Positions 60,790 to 64,000 of a stretch of DNA of 64,000 nucleotides are shown here, piece by piece. The first letter of the stretch is position 1; every line of letters starts with the position of its first letter. The position numbers and the translations under genes were made by a program. The notes beneath the pieces are model-generated. The model saw nothing but the letters and a program-made list of their open reading frames with translations. It ran no database searches and was not told the origin of the DNA. The stretch is from Antedon mediterranea. Its lineage: Eukaryota > Animalia > Echinodermata. The DNA lies in assembly GCF_964355755.1 (NCBI RefSeq), contig NC_092677.1, positions 14,282,101 to 14,346,100 of the forward strand, in the 5' to 3' direction.

Positions 60790-62531
60790 TCAGTCTTTAT
60801 ATGATTTGTCTTGAGGTTCATAGTGAAAGAACTTGTTTCCTTCTATCTTCATTTTCGCTATTCGCTTAATTTGAAGTTCTATGTCATAGCCAAGAGCAGA
60901 CGCTCTTGTTCTAACTGTATACCTCCTTACTGGGAGTCCATCCGGTCCAACTAAAAATTTCTCAAAGTTCCACATTATGTCAGATTTGTTTAGCGGCGAC
61001 CACGTGACGTCATTTTGATTTTCTCGAAAGAGACTCTCCGAATTATCGCTAGTGACTGGCATACGATGTTTAAGAAATTCGAATATCGGGTCTGCAAATC
61101 CTCCGTTGACGTCACATTTTGCCATTACTTGGAATTTTGGAATGAAGTTGCATCCGGGCCTGACGTACTGAAGACACTTCAGGATCTCGTCATTCTCATA
61201 TGGTTCATTATGTCCGAATTGGTTGCATGGAAAAGCCAGAATAGTCAAACCTCGACTACCATACGTGGTAGCTAATTCATTTAGCTACAAGAAAACAAAA
61301 AAATAGTGATTAGATTTCATGTATAATTGCATTGCATTGTTTTTGTTACTTTAAAAGTGAAGTGAGCTATGGGCTGTTCAGAACCAATAGTGCAGTAGCG
61401 ATTAAGGAAAAGTAAAACTAGAACAAACAATTAAAGATACATGTCGCCTGATTTTTACTCGATGTACCCGAGTCTAGGACTCTTTCATCTTCTCCTCTTC
61501 CATCCGACACTATTGAGTAAAAAGTGCGATTTATAAAGTACTACTCCTCCCTTATTCGTTGTAGTATTGAGCTGGAATTTGGCATGAATATACTACAGGG
61601 ACATGTCCTCAAAGCTATAGAGCCGGATTTTTTAATTTCAAACCGGATGCAGCCATATGACGTCTCGAAGATGGTACCGTATTTGGTAGCGAGGTTATTA
61701 ATGTGTATGTGACGTTACATCCCGTCGTATGACGTCATTACAGCTTCTTTTGCTGTACCCCGAGTATCGCACATTCGTGCTTGTTTTATATTGTAATTTA
61801 ATAGGCCATTTTAATTTAACATAATATTTTATTGTAAAATGTTCCGTTTAGTCTTTAAAAAAAAATGTCTTCTGTTAATTTGTTAAGTGAAAGTGAATAA
61901 CTAAAACCACAATATGACCTATTTCAAACTTCATTCTATTCTTTAAATTTATAATTTTTTGGGCGGAGGGGGGGGGGGGTGTGAGGGTAGGGTTAATACA
62001 TTTTTAAAAGACATTTTCTCTCTAACACTACATTAGTTTAACCATGGTTGAACCTAGTAGTATAAGTACGTATATTCACAAATTAATCAATAGGCCTATA
62101 GCATAATCATTGGTTTTCAACAATTTAGGCATGAACAGTTATTTATGAATTCGTGTGGAAATACATTGTTGATTTAAAATCATGCACAGAATACTAATAT
62201 TGTCTGGACTATGATTTACCTGATTTAGTTCGCGTACACAGTGTTTATCTGCACTTGCAATATTTGTCAATAACACCATCTTGCCTTCAAACTTGGCAAA
62301 AGACATTATTTTTCCGTCTAACATCACACCAGATAGTTCATAGAGAGATCGCACGACATGTACTGGTAAAAGTTGTTCAGGCCTAGGCTGTGTGAAGTTG
62401 TCCTCTATATTCTTTCGAGGTATCCCAGGTAGAACGGAGCCCTGGTGGTTTAAATTTTTCTGCGAATGTTTCTTGGATACCAATGTGGCAACTCTAGCCG
62501 TTTGCCATGGCCGTTTTCTTTCGGCTGCCAT
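60790..62531 (-). CDS. Glutathione peroxidase (GPx1/2-like) homolog lacking the canonical Sec/Cys, 268 aa
   Basis: Exons 62531-62220 and 61284-60790 (phase 0). FEGKMVLLTNIASADKHCVRELNQLNEL..GLTILAFPCNQFGHNE..EILKCLQYVRPG..KCDVNG..PIFEFLK..WSPLNKSDIMWNFEKFLVGPDGLPVRRY. Confidence 0.9.
61480..61786. mobile_element. Dispersed repeat family (unclassified), copy 2, in the GPx-like intron
   Basis: Reverse complement of 18605-18905. Confidence 0.8.
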
Positions 62532-64000
62532 TGTAAACCCGCTTAGTATTAAAACGTGATTAAAATATCATTATCCTGACATGACATGTTATTTCTAAGT
62601 ATCCCTTTGTGTAAGCTCTTGTTAAGTATTACTATTATTACTACGATCTACAACTTATTAGGTCTATATCTGATGGTAGTTAAACATCCGTCAAAGATAA
62701 ATACAGTACACAAATGTTGTCCAAAGGTTCACGGACACAAATAAATACCATTTAATCGTAATTTAAAACAAATTGACCGCTTGGTCATCTGCGCTAAATA
62801 ATTAGGTGATATTTTCAAATGTTCATATCAGCCAGATTATTGTTTTTTTCTTCTTTTTGTCTTTATTATATAACTTCGACGCAAGTAACAGTAAATCACT
62901 GTAGATGTTTTGTACTGTATTTCCAAGTTGTCGTTACTGCTGAAATACGTTTTGTTACAGCTCTACAACAACTTTATCCTCTTGCATAAATCCATAGATC
63001 TAACCACGATTTGAAAATGACTTCTTTCTGTTCCAACTAGGCATTGATACGCTACCGTTCACGTCAGTATTCTGGTTTGTTTCATGGTCTCCATTACAAA
63101 CACTACGTTATATACCTATACATTTGTAATATGGATTTAAAGTGCCTCATTAATTCCCATATCTTCTATCACGTCTGAAGTGTCCCGAATGAATGTCATC
63201 ATCAAACAGGTTTAAATCCAGCAAAATGCCTTTAGATCACAATCATGCGTAGTGATTGTTCGTGAAAGTGTTTATTTACAGTCTTATCTAGTTATTTAAA
63301 TGCTAATTCTGTTTAAATTTGTTTTCTATAACCACTGGGGCTAGCCCAGCAACTACAACTCTTTCACATCCCTGCGTATTGAGATTCATGTTTTGTTCTT
63401 TATTATTTTCATTGACAGTTAAATCTTCTCTATTCTACCTGTCTTTTCAAGGTTTCACACAATAGTGTTACTATAATATTTACAGTACTTTTAAGAAATA
63501 CTTAGTGCATATTTGATAACCCAACAACTGTGTTAAGAACTCGCCTTAACAACATACATTTGTTATTTATGTTATCGATTATTGTTTGAACGTTTGCATA
63601 GCGAAGTTGTTTAGCAGACAGTATGCGTTTATATTTAACTCGACAGTAAAATTATTATTTTAATTATACGATTAACAAGGCCATATATATGGCTGCAGTC
63701 GCGTGCTTAAATTTGTATTAGTGTTTACCGACCAACCGACCGACCGACATAGTGAGCTGTAGTGTCGCGTTTGCACTCGACTAAAAATGAATGTTAATAA
63801 GGGGAAATGTTATTCCTTTTTTATAAATCGCGCCACATTCTTCGTACATTATTACAGTATTTTTAATTTATATGTAATACGTTGTTTTCACATTGCCATA
63901 CCGTATATTGTCAGAAGATACCCGCACCTCAACCTCCCTCTCCGATACCCCAACTAAGAGATAATAATAATTGCACTGTTTGCAATATTCTATCAAACAA

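Noticed and set aside
62220-62300. Selenoprotein (UGA readthrough) GPx
   Set aside because: The aligned codon is GAT (Asp), there is no in-frame TGA, and no SECIS is evident.

Overview
AT-rich, intron-containing eukaryotic DNA, most likely an invertebrate deuterostome (echinoderm-like; inferred from gene content and repeat landscape, not proven). Manual GT-AG splicing yields nine complete protein-coding gene models plus one partial one: (1) a partial secreted/membrane protein gene running off the left edge; (2) a 1328-aa acidic protein with a C-terminal papain/C39-like domain; (3) ZDHHC3/7; (4) EXOSC7; (5) a 182-aa CDYL-type chromodomain protein ending in a transmembrane helix; (6) a C16orf46-like gene; (7) ATMIN; (8) an intronless STRAD pseudokinase; (9) CTNNBL1; (10) a GPx-like gene lacking the catalytic Sec/Cys. 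Eight of the ten genes form four head-to-head pairs. ZDHHC3/EXOSC7 and chromodomain-C16orf46-ATMIN recall human 3p21.31 and 16q23.2. Introns and intergenic DNA hold a 5'-truncated L2/CR1 LINE, tRNA-derived SINEs, many MITEs (PIF/Harbinger-, hAT-, Kolobok-, Ginger- and P-like), a Helitron nested in a Ginger-like element, and minisatellites. The top candidate for a new system is the membrane-anchored chromodomain protein with an intact aromatic cage, a possible heterochromatin-to-nuclear-envelope tether and possible relative of the pre-fusion CDYL gene. Other highlights are a perfect DR5 element next to a ZNF143-like site in a bidirectional promoter, a C/EBP-site-rich foldback element near three promoters, and several apparent pseudo-enzymes. 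All homology statements are from recall; no searches were run.
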